NCBI GenBank assembly: GCA_964637445.1
Contig: CAZWWS010000001.1
Coordinates: 29,004-93,003, forward strand
Length of the DNA stretch: 64,000 nt
From: an uncultured Muribaculum sp.
GTDB lineage: Bacteria > Bacteroidota > Bacteroidia > Bacteroidales > Muribaculaceae
Direction: 5' to 3'
Below are positions 27,514-38,400 of this stretch, piece by piece. The position numbers and the translations under genes were made by a program. Every line of letters begins with the position of its first letter. Position 1 is the stretch's first letter. The notes under the pieces were generated by a model. The model saw only the letters and a program-made list of their open reading frames with translations, was not told the DNA's origin and did no database searches.

Positions 27514-29511
27514 TTAGTCGCCCATTGTACGAAGAAGTTCGTCGTTGTCGGTCGTACGCTCCATGCGGTCTTTGATAAATTCCATAGCTTCGATGGAGTT
27601 GCGGTCGGAGAGGAATCGACGAAGTATCCACATGCGGTTGAGTGTCTCCGGACGGAGCAGAAGATCGTCGCGACGTGTCGACGATGCAGTGATGTCGACG
27701 GCGGGGAATATGCGCTTGTTCGACAACTTGCGGTCAAGTTGTAGTTCCATGTTACCTGTACCCTTAAATTCTTCGAAGATCACTTCATCCATCTTCGAAG
27801 ATGTCTCGGTGAGTGCAGTTGCGATGATAGTGAGCGAGCCTCCGTTTTCGATGTTACGCGCAGCGCCGAAGAATCGTTTTGGCTTTTGGAGTGCATTTGC
27901 ATCGACACCACCGGAGAGTATCTTACCCGATGCAGGAGAAACGGTGTTGTACGCACGTGCAAGTCGTGTGATAGAGTCGAGAAGTATCACCACATCGTGC
28001 CCACATTCCACCATGCGCTTTGCTTTTTCGAGTACGATTGATGCAATCTTTACATGGCGATCAGCCGGCTCATCAAAAGTAGAAGCGATAACTTCGGCAT
28101 TTACCGAGCGGCTCATGTCGGTCACCTCTTCCGGACGCTCGTCGATGAGAAGAATGATAATATAGGTGTCGGGGTGATTCTCTGCGATAGCGTTGGCTAT
28201 ATCTTTCAAGAGAATTGTTTTACCGGTCTTGGGGGGAGCTACAATAAGAGCGCGTTGTCCTTTACCAATAGGAGAGAACATATCAACCACACGAGTAGAA
28301 AGGTTGCATGAACGTCCCGAGGTGAGGTCGAATTTTTCATCCGGGAATAGGGGAGTGAGATGCTCGAATGGCACTCGGTCGCGAATGTATTCGGGTGAAC
28401 GTCCGTTGACACGAAGCACTGTGCTTAGAGGAAAATATTTTTCTCCTTCTTTTGGGGGACGGATTGTACATTCTACGACATCACCGGCCTTGAGACCTGC
28501 TTGCTTGATTTGCCCTTGGGTGACGTAGATGTCATCGGGCGAAGCAAGATAGTTGTAATCGCTTGAACGAAGGAAGCCATAACCCTCTGGCATCACTTCG
28601 AGCACACCAATAGCATTTAGAATGCCGTCGAACACATATTTTGGTTCTTGAGGCTCTTGTTGTTTTTGCTGATTGGCATTGTTGTTATTATTGTTGCGAT
28701 TTTTCTTTTTCTTACCTTGTTGCTGCTGTTGAGGCTTTGGCTCTTGTCCCGGCTCATGGATGATGATGGGAGCTGTAGCTGCTGCAATGGCTGCTGCGGC
28801 AGCGGCTTCTTCTTTTTCGCGTTGCGAGCGTGGCACAAAACGACGACCTTCAGTGCGGGGAAAAAACGAGCTGAGCGATGAATTTTTAGGGCTGAAGTCC
28901 ATCTTGGGTTTAGCCTCTTCGGTAGCCGGTGCATTATTTTCATCGGTAGCGGTGACCGGCTCTGCTTGTTGTGAAGCGTCTTTTGGGTCTGCTACAGGCT
29001 GCGGATTTTCGTTATTTTCTGCCGATATTTCGCGTGGAAGCGGAGGGGTGAGGGTGAGATCATCGTCATCGGAATTAATATCGATGGGCGTTTGTTGATG
29101 TTGCTCCGCCTCAGCCGGAGCCTCAACTTCGGGTTGTGCTTTTGGCTTGCGCGCACGACGCTTAGTCTGCTTTTCGCCGGCAGCCTCTTCTTTATTATTT
29201 GATGCGGTTGGCTCGGGTTGAGCAACTGCAACTTCTGTCTGTCCTACTTTATTGTCTTTTTCGGAAGATGTGTTTTGCTCGGTAGCTTTTTCTGCAACCG
29301 GAGCTTTTTCTTTTTTTGCTTTGGGTTCTTTGGCGGGACGACGCTTTTTCTCCGAAGCCGACGATGTGGCTACGTTGATAGCTTGTTGGTCGAGTATTTT
29401 GTAAATGAGGTCGTCTTTTTCTGTCGAATCGACCTTTTTCAGTCCCATGGATTCAGCAACGTTATGAAGCTCTGCTTCGCTCATTGCGTTGAGATCGGAG
29501 ATATTATACAT
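27514..29511 (-). CDS. rho: transcription termination factor Rho with large N-terminal insertion
   Basis: The 665-aa protein has a Rho_N helix bundle (aa 1-46), a ~245-aa low-complexity insert, the CSD RNA-binding domain (GYGFLR) and the ATPase (Walker A PPKTGKT). Confidence 0.95.
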   Translation of the reverse strand: MYNISDLNAMSEAELHNVAESMGLKKVDSTEKDDLIYKILDQQAINVATSSASEKKRRPAKEPKAKKEKAPVAEKATEQNTSSEKDNKVGQTEVAVAQPEPTASNNKEEAAGEKQTKRRARKPKAQPEVEAPAEAEQHQQTPIDINSDDDDLTLTPPLPREISAENNENPQPVADPKDASQQAEPVTATDENNAPATEEAKPKMDFSPKNSSLSSFFPRTEGRRFVPRSQREKEEAAAAAAIAAATAPIIIHEPGQEPKPQQQQQGKKKKNRNNNNNNANQQKQQEPQEPKYVFDGILNAIGVLEVMPEGYGFLRSSDYNYLASPDDIYVTQGQIKQAGLKAGDVVECTIRPPKEGEKYFPLSTVLRVNGRSPEYIRDRVPFEHLTPLFPDEKFDLTSGRSCNLSTRVVDMFSPIGKGQRALIVAPPKTGKTILLKDIANAIAENHPDTYIIILLIDERPEEVTDMSRSVNAEVIASTFDEPADRHVKIASIVLEKAKRMVECGHDVVILLDSITRLARAYNTVSPASGKILSGGVDANALQKPKRFFGAARNIENGGSLTIIATALTETSSKMDEVIFEEFKGTGNMELQLDRKLSNKRIFPAVDITASSTRRDDLLLRPETLNRMWILRRFLSDRNSIEAMEFIKDRMERTTDNDELLRTMGD
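28642..29373 (-). other. low-complexity (K/E/P/A/Q/N-rich) insertion domain of Rho
   Basis: The insert spans aa ~47-290 and includes [25 protein letters not shown] and an [12 protein letters not shown] tract. Confidence 0.8.
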
Positions 29512-29680
29512 AAATGATATGAAAATAATATAGGTATGACGATATTATAATCATCTGATGATACTGTGCATTGATGCGACGTCGTATCGTAGATATAAAA
29601 TTTGTAGTTAAAAAGGGAATTGGGCGCATCCGATACATATTGGCTACATTATTTTTGCCCATAGGATGCTAATGATGATG

Positions 29681-29688
29681 CAAAGTTA
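29681..29688 (-). promoter_or_regulatory. -7 box TAACTTTG (minus strand) for rho
   Basis: A TAnnTTTG match lies ~170 nt upstream of the rho ATG, which implies a long leader. Confidence 0.4.
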
Positions 29689-29730
29689 GCACCATTTGTT
29701 GAATAAACAAACTTTTGACAAAAAAAGTTG

Positions 29731-29762
29731 AAAAAAACGACATTTTTCAACGAAAAATGTCG
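29731..29762 (-). terminator. intrinsic terminator after miaB
   Basis: On the minus strand the 10-bp stem CGACATTTTT-cgttg-AAAAATGTCG is followed by TTTTTTT. Confidence 0.75.
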
Positions 29763-29792
29763 CTTTCTGTGGCTGATGGAGTATGCAGTCGA

Positions 29793-31157
29793 TTACTCGG
29801 CAAGATGCCCGATAAGAGTGGCTGATGAGGCTTCGTCGATGGTGACTTGTACTATGTCGCCTACACGATAGTTGCCACGTGGGAACACTACGGTTTTGTT
29901 TTGCTGTGTGCGTCCCACAAATTGGTCGCGAGAGCGTTTTGATACACCTTCCACCAAAACGTCGAATGTACGTCCTATATCACGACGATTTGACTCTGCC
30001 GAAAGCTCGTTTTGCAACGCAATCATTCGGTTGAGCCGGTCGATTTTCACGTCTTCGGCCACATTGTCGGGTAGATGTTTCGATGCCATAGTGCCCGGCC
30101 GTTCTGAATATTTAAACATGAAAGCAGAGTCAAATCCTACTTCGCGCATGAGGCTGAGTGTCTCTTGGAAGTCTTCTTCGCTCTCATCGTGAAATCCGGT
30201 AAACATATCGGTGGAGATGCCGCAATCGGGGATGGCTCGGCGTATGGCTGCGATGCGGTCGAGATACCATGCACGGGTATAGTGACGATTCATCGCTTTC
30301 AGCACCTTGTCAGAACCGGACTGCACTGGCAGATGTATGTGGTTGCAAATGTTTGGATAGCGAGCTATTACGGCGATAATGTCGTCGGTCATGTCTTTGG
30401 GGTGCGACGTTGTGAAGCGAATGCGCATATCTGGAGCCGCCTCTGCTACCATGGCGAGGAGTTGAGCAAATCCAATGATGCTGCCATCATCGCTCTTATA
30501 ACGAAATGAGTTGACGTTCTGTCCGAGCAACGTCGCTTCTTTGTAGCCTTTGCTGCGAAGATCGGCAAGCTCGTTGAGTATCGATTGTGGCTCGCGTGAG
30601 CGTTCACGTCCGCGAGTGTAGGGCACGATGCAATACGAACAGAAGTTATTGCACCCTCTCATTATGCTGATAAATCCCGATACAACGTTTCCTGTGATAC
30701 GCATAGGGATTATATCTCTATAGGTCTCGGTAGTGCTTAGCTCGATGTTGATAGCTTTTTCGCCAGCTTCTACTGCTCCAAATAGGTTAGGGAGGTCGAG
30801 ATAAGAGTCCGGACCGGCCACGAGGTCTACACCATGGTCGTTGATGAGGGTGTCTTTTACGCGCTCTGCCATGCAGCCGATTACGCCTATGATCAATCGG
30901 CTGTCGCGACGTTTGCGTCGCAGCGATGCGATGTATTGTAGTCGCGAGAATATCTTTTGCTCGGCATTGTCGCGGATAGAACATGTGTTGAGCAACACGG
31001 CGTCAGCTTCCTCTACGGTGTCGACTGTCGTATAGCCTGCCATCTTCATCACGGATGCTACCACTTCGCTGTCGGCCACGTTCATCTGGCAACCATAAGT
31101 TTCGATGCATAGTCGCTTGTCGGCAGCACTCATATCTGTCTTGTTTAAGTCGGTCAT
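29793..31157 (-). CDS. miaB: tRNA (N6-isopentenyl adenosine(37)-C2)-methylthiotransferase
   Basis: The 454-aa protein has the UPF0004 Cys triad (YGCQMN...NTCSIR...GCMA), the radical SAM motif CNNFCSYC and a TRAM domain. Confidence 0.93.
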   Translation of the reverse strand: MTDLNKTDMSAADKRLCIETYGCQMNVADSEVVASVMKMAGYTTVDTVEEADAVLLNTCSIRDNAEQKIFSRLQYIASLRRKRRDSRLIIGVIGCMAERVKDTLINDHGVDLVAGPDSYLDLPNLFGAVEAGEKAINIELSTTETYRDIIPMRITGNVVSGFISIMRGCNNFCSYCIVPYTRGRERSREPQSILNELADLRSKGYKEATLLGQNVNSFRYKSDDGSIIGFAQLLAMVAEAAPDMRIRFTTSHPKDMTDDIIAVIARYPNICNHIHLPVQSGSDKVLKAMNRHYTRAWYLDRIAAIRRAIPDCGISTDMFTGFHDESEEDFQETLSLMREVGFDSAFMFKYSERPGTMASKHLPDNVAEDVKIDRLNRMIALQNELSAESNRRDIGRTFDVLVEGVSKRSRDQFVGRTQQNKTVVFPRGNYRVGDIVQVTIDEASSATLIGHLAE

Positions 31158-31224
31158 ATAAAAAAGTTGCCCTTCCTTAAGGCGGTTAATCGTCTAAATT
31201 CTTGCTATAATAACGATAAATCAG

Positions 31225-31232
31225 TAATTTTG
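31225..31232 (+). promoter_or_regulatory. -7 box TAATTTTG
   Basis: A TAnnTTTG match overlaps the track's GTG start. This argues for the ATG at 31253. Confidence 0.4.
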
Positions 31233-31252
31233 TGCAAAATTACAAAATTGCG

Positions 31253-31627
31253 ATGGATTATTTGAAAACAATTATCGGAATTGTGGTAGGTGGACTCGTA
31301 ATTTGGTCGCAAATTGCCGAGTCGCGGGCAAAGCAACGTCGCAAAGCTGAGGCTGCCAAACGCTCGCAGTCGTTTCCGTTTGATGCCGATTGGTCGACAT
31401 TTACGGATGATTATGAGCCTCTGTCGCGCAATCATTTTCAGCCCGCCAATGCTGCCCCGATTGATACGAAAGTGGAAGAGGGACAGCGTGTAACCTCTGA
31501 TATGCCACCTATTCCGGTTTCTACCGAGCCAAAATCCAACAGCGCTTCGGCTTCGACCGAGAGTGCCGATATGGAGCGGTGGCGTAGAGCAATAATCGAT
31601 TCTGAAATACTTAAAACTAAATTCTAA
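31253..31627 (+). CDS. hypothetical single-TM protein with disordered tail
   Basis: It starts MDYLKTIIGIVVGGLVIWSQI, followed by a charged, low-complexity region. It lies 28 nt upstream of the CoA-transferase gene. Confidence 0.5.
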   Translation: MDYLKTIIGIVVGGLVIWSQIAESRAKQRRKAEAAKRSQSFPFDADWSTFTDDYEPLSRNHFQPANAAPIDTKVEEGQRVTSDMPPIPVSTEPKSNSASASTESADMERWRRAIIDSEILKTKF

Positions 31628-31655
31628 AAATAAACCAAAAAAACGTATTACTACA

Positions 31656-33152
31656 ATGGCTTTTCCTATTATTTCGGCTCAACAAGCTGCCGAGTTGATA
31701 AAGAATGGTGACAACGTAGGATTTTCAGGTTTCACCGCCTCCGGTACTCCGAAGGTCGTGACCGAAGCCCTCGCTGAGAAAGCAGTGAAAGAACATGAAG
31801 CAGGTCGTGAATTTAAGATCAATATTTTCACCGGCGCTTCTACCAACGACCATGTCGATGGGGCTTTGGCTCGTGCCAACGCGATCAATATCCGCACTCC
31901 CTATCAAAGCTGCCCCGACCTTCGCAAGCGTCTCAACGCTCACGATGCTCATTATTTCGACCTCCATCTCTCTGAGCTCGCTCAGAAGATGCGCTACGGC
32001 ACTTTTGGCAAGATCAATGTGGCTATCATCGAAGCTGCCGACATCACCGACGATGGCGAAATTCTTCTCGGAACAGGTATGGGTATCGCTCCCACCATTG
32101 CGAAGATGGCCGATATTATTATCGTAGAGCTCAACGAAGCAATCCCTATGTCTATTCGCGGATTGCACGACGTCTATATGCCTCTCGACCCACCTTATCG
32201 TCGCGAGATCCCTATCTACAAGCCGAGCGACCGCATCGGTTCTACTGTTTTGAAAGTTGATCCCAAGAAAGTAGTAGGGATTGTGAAGTCAAACTCTACC
32301 GATGGAGTCAAAGGCTTTGCTGCGCTCGACGAGACCACAATGCAAATCGGTGCCAACGTGTGCAACTTTATCCTTTCGCAACTCCATACCGGTGCGCTCC
32401 CTAAAGAGTTCCTTCCAATGCAGAGCGGTGTGGGCAATATTGCAAATGCAGTTCTTTTCGGCATTGGTGAAAGCAAAGAGTTTCCCACATTTGAGATGTA
32501 CACCGAGGTGATACAAGATGCGGTGGTCGATTTGATGGAGAAGGGCAAATGTCGCTTCGGTAGCACATGCTCGCTGACATTGTCTGACGACAAGATGCAC
32601 GAGGTATTCTCAAATATGGATTTTTTCCACGACAAGTTTGTGATTCGTCCCGGCGAAATTTCCAACAGCCCCGAAATCATACGCCGTCTCGGCCTCATCA
32701 CGATGAACACTGCGCTCGAAGCCGACATTTTCGGTAACATCAATTCTACCCACGTCGTAGGAACGAAGATGATGAATGGTATCGGCGGGTCGGGCGACTT
32801 TACTCGCAATGCTTACCTCTCTATCTTCTCATGCCCCTCAATCCAAAAGGGCGGTTTGATCTCGACAATCGTACCGATGGTGTCGCACATGGATCACAGC
32901 GAACATTCTGTCGACGTGCTTATCACTGACCAAGGAGTTGCCGACCTTCGCGGAAAAGACCCTGTACAACGCGCTGAGAGCATCATCGAAAACTGCGTCA
33001 ACCCGATGTATAAAGAGCTCCTTTGGGACTACTTGCGCATGGGCAAGGGCGGTCAAACACCACACTCGCTCAGCGCCGCATTCGCATTCCACACCGAGTT
33101 TGCCGAATCGGGCGATATGAGCAAAGTCGACTGGGCTAAATACTCAAAATAA
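31656..33152 (+). CDS. acetyl-CoA hydrolase/transferase family protein (succinate/propionate CoA-transferase type)
   Basis: The 498-aa protein has ...FSGFTASGTPK..., GIGGSGDF and EHSVDVLITDQGVADLRG, typical of the family. Confidence 0.9.
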   Translation: MAFPIISAQQAAELIKNGDNVGFSGFTASGTPKVVTEALAEKAVKEHEAGREFKINIFTGASTNDHVDGALARANAINIRTPYQSCPDLRKRLNAHDAHYFDLHLSELAQKMRYGTFGKINVAIIEAADITDDGEILLGTGMGIAPTIAKMADIIIVELNEAIPMSIRGLHDVYMPLDPPYRREIPIYKPSDRIGSTVLKVDPKKVVGIVKSNSTDGVKGFAALDETTMQIGANVCNFILSQLHTGALPKEFLPMQSGVGNIANAVLFGIGESKEFPTFEMYTEVIQDAVVDLMEKGKCRFGSTCSLTLSDDKMHEVFSNMDFFHDKFVIRPGEISNSPEIIRRLGLITMNTALEADIFGNINSTHVVGTKMMNGIGGSGDFTRNAYLSIFSCPSIQKGGLISTIVPMVSHMDHSEHSVDVLITDQGVADLRGKDPVQRAESIIENCVNPMYKELLWDYLRMGKGGQTPHSLSAAFAFHTEFAESGDMSKVDWAKYSK

Positions 33153-33174
33153 TCCTCATCCCCCTAGAAACCAA

Positions 33175-33204
33175 ACAAGCGAGCCAACTCTCCGGCTCGC
33201 TTGT
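33175..33204. terminator. bidirectional hairpin
   Basis: The perfect 11-bp stem ACAAGCGAGCC...GGCTCGCTTGT lies between convergent units. Confidence 0.6.
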
Positions 33205-33211
33205 CGTATAT

Positions 33212-33628
33212 TTACATGTTAAGGTTGTAAAAGTAAATTCCGGAATTCCTCTCGAACTCCGGAATTCCTAATAATTTTGCAATTTGAGCAATATCTTTTG
33301 AATAAGTCCATCTCGAAAGTCCTTTGTGCCAAATGAGATTTGATGGTGTCAATGTATCATTTTGAGAGTTGAAATGTGGAATATGGTGATGGTTGAGCGA
33401 AATCGACAATTCAGACTCTCGTTTGAACTTAGCGAGTTGCTCGGCCGAGTTGTCGAGAGTGGTTTTGATGATGAAATATTTGCCGGTTTTTTTGATGTGA
33501 TAGAGCCACGCATGCGATGTAGAGCGAAGAAGCACCGGGTCGCTGTAGCTGCCGCTAAAATCTATTTCGATTGCTTCTGCCGAGCCGGAGAAGCCGCATC
33601 CGAACGCAATAGCTATGTCGTGGGGCAA
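33212..33628 (-). CDS. hypothetical ORF without ATG start (possible gene remnant)
   Basis: The 138-codon ORF opens with TTG 27 nt after the upstream stop and has no internal ATG before the last codon. It shows a weak kinase N-lobe-like pattern (...KYFIIKT...FKRESELSISLNHHHIPH). Confidence 0.3.
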   Translation of the reverse strand: MPHDIAIAFGCGFSGSAEAIEIDFSGSYSDPVLLRSTSHAWLYHIKKTGKYFIIKTTLDNSAEQLAKFKRESELSISLNHHHIPHFNSQNDTLTPSNLIWHKGLSRWTYSKDIAQIAKLLGIPEFERNSGIYFYNLNM

Positions 33629-33655
33629 CGAAATGGGTTGACTACGCTCGACGTG

Positions 33656-35302
33656 TTAGGCGAGTGAACTGATGGTCATGATACGCTCTTCAAAGTCATC
33701 GCGATAGAGTGATTGATTTTTGATACGCGACCGATAGGTGTAGATAGTCGACACTGAGCAGCGGAGGAAGTTGGCTATCTTCGTGCAATCATTGATGCCA
33801 AGACGTACCAAGGCATACATACGAAGCTCGGTGTTGAGCTTCTCGGTAGGTTTGGGTATTATGCGCTTCTCTTCGGTAAACATACTATTGACCGACTCTA
33901 CAAACGTAGGGAATATGCTTAAGAATGATTCATCGAAGTTACGATAAAATTCGGTGTATGAGTCATCGATAAATTGTTTTGATTTTAGCGTTCGCGTCAC
34001 CTCATCAATCTTACCGGTCATTGCTTTGCGGTTGAGCATCTTGCGGTAGGAGTCCATCTCGGAAATGTAGGTTGAGCACAGTTCGATGAATCGACCGATA
34101 TATTCCTCTTTGATGCAATTTGATTCGCGAAGCGATGTGCACATCTCCTGTTGCTGACGATTGACCGTGAGCAACTCCTCATTAAGCTTGTTGAGTTCGG
34201 CGTTTATCTCTTTCATTTTGTCGTGTGCGCGCGACACTCGTTTCATTTGTCGGAAAATGAGATATATCGCAACTACAAGAAAAACCGATAGAATGCTGAT
34301 TACAAATAGATAAGTCTTTACTTTGCGATGCTGTATGTCTTGAATCTCTTGGTGGGCTTCGTCGATCATAGGGAGCATACGTGTGGATTGCATATTGCGC
34401 ATTCTTCCGTTGAAGAATGTTGCGTCGGCAAGACTTTTCTTTACATATCTGTTCGCACGAGCCAAGTCTCCTGATTCATACAGCATTTCGGCTATTTGTC
34501 GCAGGGCGGTGTTCTCTTTAGTGACGCTTTTGATGTCGGCAATTGCGCTTCTAATGAGCCAAGCCATCCGTTCATTAGTGTTGTTCTCTAACTCGAATGC
34601 GTAAGATAACGTGGAGCACACTACGGCATATTCGCGCGAATTGTCCGGAATGCTGTCGGCATAGTTTTGAAGTAGAATTTTCGCCTTTGATAGTTGCCCT
34701 TGTTGTATAAACCCTTGTGTCGTAGTAATCAATTGGTTGAATGTGCTTGGCTGTAGGAGAGCCATAGACGAATCACGATACACTTTCACCTTGTTGAGGT
34801 ATTGTGGAGTGTACTCATCATCGTGAGAATACTCTGACAGATAGAGATACGTGTTTTCGATGGTTTTATAGTATTCGGTCAGCTGCTCCTTCGTTAATGT
34901 GGAGCGGTCGATAGCTCTGATTTGGACAATGCTCTCGGTGAATAATCCGGATCGAGATAGAATACGCACTTTTTTTATTTGTGCATAGTTAATCCAATCT
35001 TGTCTTTTTGCCTGTCGGCCGAGAGTAAGGCTCAAATTGATGTAATAGCGAGCCGAATCGCATATATACGATTCGTATTCTGTGTACAGACGTCGATAGA
35101 TTCTATATCGCTCATCGTCTGCAAGGCTTGATTTACTCAATTCATTCTTGATAATGTCAATATGTAATCTCTTTTCTTTTTCATACTCATCGCTATTGGC
35201 TATTGTCGCATCAAGCTCTTTAAGTAGTGAATCGCATGTTGTAGCTGCTTCGATTGACGTAACGGCTGCGATGAAAAATATGAGAGATAAAATTCTGTTC
35301 AT
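33656..35302 (-). CDS. membrane-anchored TPR / helix-turn-helix regulator (DUF6377-like), paralog 2
   Basis: The 548-aa protein has the same architecture as 6550-8130. Its C-terminus NTELRMYALVRLGINDCTKIANFLRCSVSTIYTYRSRIKNQ aligns with paralog 1. Confidence 0.7.
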   Translation of the reverse strand: MNRILSLIFFIAAVTSIEAATTCDSLLKELDATIANSDEYEKEKRLHIDIIKNELSKSSLADDERYRIYRRLYTEYESYICDSARYYINLSLTLGRQAKRQDWINYAQIKKVRILSRSGLFTESIVQIRAIDRSTLTKEQLTEYYKTIENTYLYLSEYSHDDEYTPQYLNKVKVYRDSSMALLQPSTFNQLITTTQGFIQQGQLSKAKILLQNYADSIPDNSREYAVVCSTLSYAFELENNTNERMAWLIRSAIADIKSVTKENTALRQIAEMLYESGDLARANRYVKKSLADATFFNGRMRNMQSTRMLPMIDEAHQEIQDIQHRKVKTYLFVISILSVFLVVAIYLIFRQMKRVSRAHDKMKEINAELNKLNEELLTVNRQQQEMCTSLRESNCIKEEYIGRFIELCSTYISEMDSYRKMLNRKAMTGKIDEVTRTLKSKQFIDDSYTEFYRNFDESFLSIFPTFVESVNSMFTEEKRIIPKPTEKLNTELRMYALVRLGINDCTKIANFLRCSVSTIYTYRSRIKNQSLYRDDFEERIMTISSLA

Positions 35303-35327
35303 GGTAGACGGGATTTGCGTAATATCG

Positions 35328-35335
35328 CAAAGTTA
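35328..35335 (-). promoter_or_regulatory. -7 box TAACTTTG (minus strand) for paralog 2
   Basis: A TAnnTTTG match lies 26 nt upstream of the ATG at 35302. Confidence 0.4.
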
Positions 35336-35360
35336 GAATTTTTTGATGTAACCGACAAAT

Positions 35361-35394
35361 AAAAAAGTTCGGGAAGCTACGATAGCCTCCCGAA
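35361..35394 (-). terminator. intrinsic terminator after the 1299-aa gene
   Basis: On the minus strand TTCGGGAGGCTA-tcg-TAGCTTCCCGAA is followed by CTTTTTTATTT. Confidence 0.65.
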
Positions 35395-35416
35395 CCGGAA
35401 AAACAGTAGGGTTAGA

Positions 35417-38400
35417 TTAGCGGATGATTTTGATTGTGCTATTTTGTGCTTTTAAGATATAAACCCCACTGAGGATATTGCTTAAATTCACGCAATTTTC
35501 ACCTTTAAGTATCAATTGACCATTGATATTATATACAGAAATTTCGCCATCAGATTTTGCGACATTCCCAACAATGGAAATCGAGCAGTTGTCAATCTCG
35601 ACGTTTGATATTTCGCTGGAAATTTCTGTCACACCATTTTCCTTGTCAATAAGGAAATAGTAATCGCGCATTTCGCTAATGGTGTAGTCGGCAAGTTGTT
35701 CGCCATTATTCCAATTGTTGAATATCAAATTATAGCTTCCCGATGTGGCATTTAACGTGAATACTTTATATGTATTACCTTCAATCTCGGTAGTCCCTTG
35801 TACGGCTTGTCCGGGCCATGCACCGAAAAGTTCGCTCGTGCCCCATGCGTATAGTCCTAAAGAAGCCCAACCGGTATTATCGATAACATAGATATAGTGT
35901 TCCGAATCGGGAATTTCAGGAAGTGAAGCTGATATGCTGAAATTATCGATAGCGAGAGCCATTGCTGCATTTGCAGCATCTCCGCTTGCGACTGTGATAT
36001 TCCATGCAAGATAGAGGTCGCATCCTGCTTGAAGATTGGTGTCAAGAACATCGCTTACACTGCGCGTTTCACCTGGGACATCCGTATAGCCTTCAGTGGC
36101 ATCATCTTTTTCAAAGTATGTGTAGAATTTGTCCCCGGCTGATGTGAAGTTGCGTCCGTCGATTGAATAATAAAGTTGAACAGCAAAGCCCGCCGCATTA
36201 GCACCTTTGCGATATTTTTCTATGTCGTAGGAAATAATGAGATTTTCAAGGTTAGTTTTCCCATCATTGAATAGATGAGCATAAACATTTACGCATCGAG
36301 TACCATTATCTACACCTGTTGAGATGCCTCCGATGGCACGGTCGCTATCATCTGTCGATCCAAAATTCCAAAGACCATTTTTAGCGTTGCTTGGTAGGTC
36401 GACACCACCACTATATGTAGTATTGGATAAAGCTGTTGGATATGTTCCAACAATGCGAGGTGCGCTTGTTTGTTTATCAATACGCCATGCCTCAGGAAGA
36501 GTGGCATCTGCATTCGAGCCAATGGCATTAAAGTTCTCTTCGGCGGTGAGTACATCCTCGTTGAGTTTGATTGCCGGATATACTATTACTTCAGTCTCAG
36601 CTTCTGCTACAACAATGGTTGCCGTAGATGTAAAATTGTCGGTTGAGGCTTTGAGTGTGTACTCTCCAAGAGTTTTGTCGGAAGTGTAGATGAGTTCTTC
36701 GTTGAAATTTCCGCCGCCACTTAATGTGAATTCCACAGGAGTTTCACTTTCTATCGGCATACCGAATTGGTCGTAGATGACATTCGAGAATCGGATGATA
36801 CCGGCGTTATGGTCTACGACGTTTTTGAAGTTCGATAGTGCGAGTGCCGCATATCGACGCATTGAGGCTGCATCAACTTCGGGTACATCAGATATTGTAT
36901 GAGTAATGTTTGTGGCATTTTCACCATAGATAAGCGAGTACTCCATGCAAGCTGCCAAATATGTGGCCTTTGGGGTTGGGTGTCGGTCATCGCTGTAGAG
37001 GGTTTGGGTAGATTCCGAACCTTCGGCATCGTAAATGGCTTGGTAGGCCATTGCTACAGGGCATATTGTTACACCAAGATCACGAGCTACGTCAAGATAG
37101 TTGTCATGGAATTTTTGATTATAATCAGTGAAATTACCCCAATCGCCACTATAAGCCCAGTTCATTGGTAGAATAATTATGGCATTCGGATTAGGACAAT
37201 ATTCGCGAATATAGTCAACCCATTGTTTTACATTGGCACGGAATGTTTCAATGTTTGTACGTGGAAGTGCGCTTTGTTCCTGAAGGATAATGTGGCTCCA
37301 CGCGTCAGTGCGAACAAGCATTTTTGCAGTAGGCGTACCATCTGCTCCGAGTCCATCGCCTTCGTCATAGTGGGTGGACAATGGTTTGCCAAGCATGGTG
37401 TGCTTAGTCCAATGAGCGTCTTTACCCATGGCAGATGCTATTTCATTAAATACAGCTGCCTGGTCGTTATAATGAATTAGACTGTTGTTGAGTGAAAGAA
37501 CTTTGACTGATTCAGGCATAGTCGGAACCAAGACTACATTTTGTGGCTGAAGGCTCATTTCTACTGCGTATGATCCGACCGCTTCCATTGTATATTCACC
37601 GGTAGAAACATTGAATGTTACATCGTATGTTCCGGCTGGTGTGGAAACTTTTCCGGTACTACCTTTTTCAAGTACGCCCGATGTGGCTGGTTCTATCGCA
37701 TCGTTATTGTTAGCAGCACCCCATACACCACTCATGCCGAGACGTTGATATAGACGCCATTGGCAATTGCCCGAAGTGCCGGCGGACATTGTGACACGTC
37801 CGGCAAAAACGTCTGCCGTTTCAGTCAATTTTAATTCACCGGAGGTATTCATGTAGTTCCACTCATTATTGTCTCCAATAATATAAACGGAAGTCAGATT
37901 AGCTGAGTCATCATCACTTTCAAGCAACAACGTGGCTTCTCCATCGTTGATTGACAATACTATTCGAGAACATTCATAAGTGTTACCGCCACACGAAATA
38001 TTGCCGTCTGTACCGGCTACAAGCGTGTATGGAGTATCCATCATGATTGAAGAACCGTTAGTGCCATAATTGCATGACGAACTCCAATTGGCATCTGCTA
38101 CTTTGAAAGTCCCATTAATGGTTTTGTCATATAGCACGTATGTGCCATCTCCTTCATTTGAAAATTCCCAATCAGAATATGCTTCCCAACTATTGACTTC
38201 GCCTCGCAGATATATACCCGATGATACGAATGCAGGTCGATTTGGGTCAACCCAACCGGTATAAGTTGATGGGTCGGAAATTTCGCTTACTTCATCTGCG
38301 GTGGCGCAAAGATAATAATCCTTCCCACCGGAAATAGCGAAATCGGTTAATTGATTTCCGCCTCCGTTATCATTGATTTGTAAAGTGTAGTTCCCCTGAC

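Noticed and set aside
28648-29517. Plus-strand ORFs antisense to the rho insertion region (28648-28881, 28760-29098, 29218-29517).
   Set aside because: The low-complexity coding repeats of rho keep the opposite strand open. The translations are homopolymer-like (poly-L/F/A).
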